Shown here: positions 60,429-64,000 of the stretch, in pieces
Layout: each line of letters starts with the position of its first letter
Position numbering within the stretch: the first letter of the stretch is position 1
Source of the DNA: Andalucia godoyi And28
Taxonomy: Eukaryota > Protista > Jakobida
Direction: 5' to 3'
DNA length: 64,000 nucleotides
NCBI GenBank assembly: GCA_009859145.1
Contig: VRVR01000023.1
Span: 56,814 to 120,813 of the forward strand
Translations under genes and position numbers: made by a program
The notes under the pieces: model-generated
Told to the model about the DNA's origin: nothing
The model's database searches: none
What the model saw: only the letters and a program-made list of their open reading frames with translations

Positions 60429-61577
60429 ATGAGTGCTGACGTAATCTTTGATAAACACTGTGCTGCGAATCAGGCAGATCCGGTTGCGATTAATGCACTT
60501 CGCACGATGGCGGAAGTGTGTGCGTCCTCGACTGCCGCAACAATGATGGGAATTTACCGCGAACTGAACGATGCAATGCGGCGAATTCTCACCCATTATT
60601 CGTCGAAGATTATGGAATCTTCAAAGGATGCCATTGAAGTTCTTTCCAGGTCCCAATCTCCTTTGCAGTCGCCCTCTTCTTTTGCCGTTGGTCGTTCGAC
60701 CGGTTCTTCTGTAGAGCAAGGTCAGAGTCACTCCTCTCTTGACAAGGCTCTTCGCCGTCTCAGCCTACAGCAACAGAAGCAAACGGGATACTCTCCAAGT
60801 TCGCCACAGAATGATTCTATCGATTACCCAAGATTTCTGTCGGAAACACTTATTTCCGTATCTTCCGCATGCACGCTGTTCATCCGTTTCATCACCCGCA
60901 TCCTGTCTTCCGTTCCGGAATCCGAATTTTCAAATTCAAAAGCCACGCTTCCTCAACGAGGCGAGAAATGGACTGCTGCTGCGGCTTCTGCTCACAAGGT
61001 AGTTGGCACCCTTGTTGATCCTTTCTTCCGCTCAGACAACACTTCCGTCCTAGTGCACGGCCATTCACGAGCGGTGCTGGTGGCGCTTGAGAATCAACTT
61101 CAAAAAAGAAAACGATTTACAGTCTATGTTACCGAATGTCATCCATTCCAAGACGGAGAAAAGATGGTCAAGGCTCTTGAGGACCGCGGAATAGTGGCGA
61201 AGCTTGTTCGCGATTGTGCTGTGTTCACGTGCCTGCAGAAGGTGGATTTTGTGCTTGCCGGTGCAGAGGCTGTTGTGGAGAACGGAGGCGTCATTTCACG
61301 AGTCGGAACTGCACAAGTGGCTGTTGTCGCTGGAGCTTGTGGAAAACCGTTTTATGTTGCAGCAGAGAGTTGGAAGTTCACCCGAGTGTATCCTCTTTCT
61401 CAAGAAGAAGTTCTCGGAATTACGCTTGACCGAATCGTGAAGGAGAAGATCCGATTTGGTGTTGAAGATTCAGCCTTTGACTACACGAGTCCTGACAAGA
61501 TTACCTTGCTTTTCACAGATCTTGGCGTGTTGACGCCGTCTGCTGTTTCAGATGAATTGATAAAACTGTATGTCTGA
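60429..61577 (+). CDS. EIF2B1: Translation initiation factor eIF2B alpha subunit, 382 aa
   Basis: SVSSACTLFIRFI, VLVHGHSRAVL, FTVYVTECHP, VDFVLAGAEAVVENGGVISRVGT, KPFYVAAESWKFTRVYPLSQ, DYTSPDKITLLFTDLGVLTPSAVSDELIKLY. Confidence 0.96.
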   Translation: MSADVIFDKHCAANQADPVAINALRTMAEVCASSTAATMMGIYRELNDAMRRILTHYSSKIMESSKDAIEVLSRSQSPLQSPSSFAVGRSTGSSVEQGQSHSSLDKALRRLSLQQQKQTGYSPSSPQNDSIDYPRFLSETLISVSSACTLFIRFITRILSSVPESEFSNSKATLPQRGEKWTAAAASAHKVVGTLVDPFFRSDNTSVLVHGHSRAVLVALENQLQKRKRFTVYVTECHPFQDGEKMVKALEDRGIVAKLVRDCAVFTCLQKVDFVLAGAEAVVENGGVISRVGTAQVAVVAGACGKPFYVAAESWKFTRVYPLSQEEVLGITLDRIVKEKIRFGVEDSAFDYTSPDKITLLFTDLGVLTPSAVSDELIKLYV

Positions 61578-62075
61578 TGCTATGAAACATAGAATTTTGT
61601 GCAGTGCGTTTCTTGAATCAAATCGACCGGTGGGACAGATCCATACCAGCGCTGTGTTGTGTCGTGTAAAAAATGACATATGCATTCGATGTCTGTCTGA
61701 ATCCAAACGTCGACTGCTGGTCGCTGGAACAGAGATCATAATCGAGACTGATTAAAGATTGAGGGCCGAGACGCATGCCGAGACGGAATTCTGGCGTTTT
61801 GCAAGCTGCTGTAAACAAAAATCCCGCCCTGCAGGTTTCCGCCTCCTTTCTTTCTCTTCTTGTCAGTGTCAGACTTGTCAGTCCCAATCACTTGAGCCGT
61901 TTCGTCGGGGGGGGGGGGGGTGGGAGATGATGACATGACCGTTCCTGTGGTGGTGTGCCCACACCCAGCTTTTCGAACTTTTTCGTCTCCTAATATTTCT
62001 CTTTTCGTTTGCACCGGTCATATTCCAACGCATACTCTTTTTTTCGTTTCGAAGTTCTCCTCTTACGCTTCATAG

Positions 62076-62585
<510 letters not shown>

Positions 62586-63339
62586 GCGCTCGTGTTATTT
62601 TTCTTCTTCTTTCGTCTGTCATCCATGCAATGTCTCGATACTCTTTGTTTCTGGTTAACTGTCAAGGTGTCCATCACCTTGTTCTTGTATTAAAAAAGAC
62701 CCGTATATTTAACCCTGTTCACTTCCCCTGGAACTAAATCGTCGCACGGATGCCGTTTGAACAAGAAAATGGAGATTCGCAGTGGATGTATTTCTCAGCC
62801 ACTGTGGATTGTCGCTGCAATCGTTAAAATCGTACGTGAGAACGTGCAAATTCGTCTTTTTTACTCGGAGGAACGGCCCCAAAACAGAGTTTTCTCTGAA
62901 ACACACAAGAGTTCACATGAACTGCATGAAGTTGCACTGCGCTTCGTTCTCTGAATAATATGAAATTCACAACTTCTTCCACATGTCGTGCTCTGCAGGG
63001 AAGCAGACACCGGACACTGGGTGCACTAGGCGCAAGGTTCAGTTACCACCTTACATGCCGTTTAATAATAATAACACGTCATTGTCATGCATACGGAAGT
63101 ATACATAAACAGACACGGTCAATATCGGCCGACACTAGCACGTTGCTGTGACACAGGAATTTGTGCTTGCGCGTAGCCATCTATCATTCGTTGGTTCCGC
63201 TTTATTAATTCAAATATGGGCGTGAGTGCGCTGGGATGACGCATTCTCCTACGCCTACGCCGCCCGATGCCAGGGCCTCCTAGGTCCCGCAGACCTCCTA
63301 AGAGACCACGTGTCACTGCGCCTACCGCCTCTTCCTCTC

Positions 63340-63501
63340 GTATCTCCTGTTGCATCAATCGCTGCAACTGAGGGCACGAAAGCGCCTGCTGCTAGGGCTG
63401 TCAGAATCAAAATGCACCCTTCTCAGGAACAACGTGTCACGCTGAGAAAGTGGCTCACCGATTGATCGAGATTGGGAACGGAGCGCGGAGCATTTATCTG
63501 A
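63340..63501 (+). mobile_element. Decayed Fanzor/TnpB (IS605/IS607 OrfB) N-terminal helix-turn-helix fragment
   Basis: VSPVASIAATEGTKAPAARAVRIKMHPSQEQRVTLRKWL-(TD*SR)-LGTERGAFI resembles the K/R-I-R-L-Y-P-T-x-EQ-K/R-x2-L-x2-W-F-G-x-A-R family motif; interrupted by stops; no RuvC in the window. Confidence 0.5.
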
Positions 63502-63772
63502 AGAGCGCCGTGAGGTGTGTTGGCGGCCTATCCTGTTCCCGGCAACGGGATGCAAGATTGAACATGCATGTCTATTCGCAGATATGCATGTTCAGTGTAT
63601 AATGTAGGTGGCGTTCTTTTGTGCAAACGATCGTAAAAAAGAAAGCAACGACAGCCGGCCCTTTCGTGGCGCAATTGCGCGGGCAAGCGGGGGGCACCTG
63701 GAAAAGCTGCGAGCATTCCGTGGAATGTTGTTGTAGCATGAACGAGCGGGGAGGGAGCTCAAATTGCTTTTC

Positions 63773-64000
63773 ATGACTGAGAAAGAATTGTATGCGCCGA
63801 GATCCTTGGAATTTTCAGTGACAAAGTTCTCAGGTTCTGATGAACTGTGTTGCAAACGCAACCGCACAGTTCAGATTGACTTGGACATTTCTGCAGTTCT
63901 TTTCAAGGACGGCAAAAAAGTGAAGAACAGGTTTGCGGTGCGGAACATCAATCGACTGGAGCGATGCAATGTCGATTCTCGTATGTTTGATTTCATTTGC
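63773..64000 (+). CDS. 5' part of an unidentified gene running off the window end (beta-rich, possibly PH-like)
   Basis: ATG at 63773 after an in-frame TAG; 76 open codons to the window end (MTEKELYAPRSLEFSVTK...RTVQIDLDISAVLFKDGKKVKNRFAVRNINRLE...). Confidence 0.55.
   Translation, partial: MTEKELYAPRSLEFSVTKFSGSDELCCKRNRTVQIDLDISAVLFKDGKKVKNRFAVRNINRLERCNVDSRMFDFIC

Overview
Gene-dense (about 28 CDS in 64 kb), intron-poor nuclear DNA of a unicellular eukaryote, standard genetic code, genes on both strands. Centrin suggests basal bodies/centrosome. A MIEF1-MP-like LYR protein suggests a mitochondrion with a ribosome. The taxon cannot be assigned from this window. Housekeeping genes: RPL35A, PGK, RCL1, eIF2B-alpha, centrin, DCN1 (one GTATGT..CAG intron), PPWD1, PKR1, ABHD11-like. 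Signalling/regulatory genes: RasGEF, two Myb, two Zn2Cys6. Secretory hydrolases: GH65, S53. Most unusual items: (1) a ~3000-aa Gly2-starting armadillo protein carrying an inserted bromodomain, a half ZZ finger and four C-terminal filamin repeats; (2) a membrane-anchored sedolisin whose catalytic residues are changed (ExxxD to ExxxH, nucleophile Ser to Gly) and which carries an extra ~150-aa insert; (3) a 2191-aa kinase fused to a catalytically dead dual-specificity phosphatase domain; (4) a decayed Fanzor/TnpB-like N-terminal fragment near the right end; (5) two diverged copies of an unidentified decayed coding sequence and a 46-bp direct repeat in the intergenic gaps; (6) a plant-like telo-box/site II module upstream of RPL35A. 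No rRNA, tRNA or CRISPR array was recognised by eye. All family assignments come from motif recognition, not database searches.
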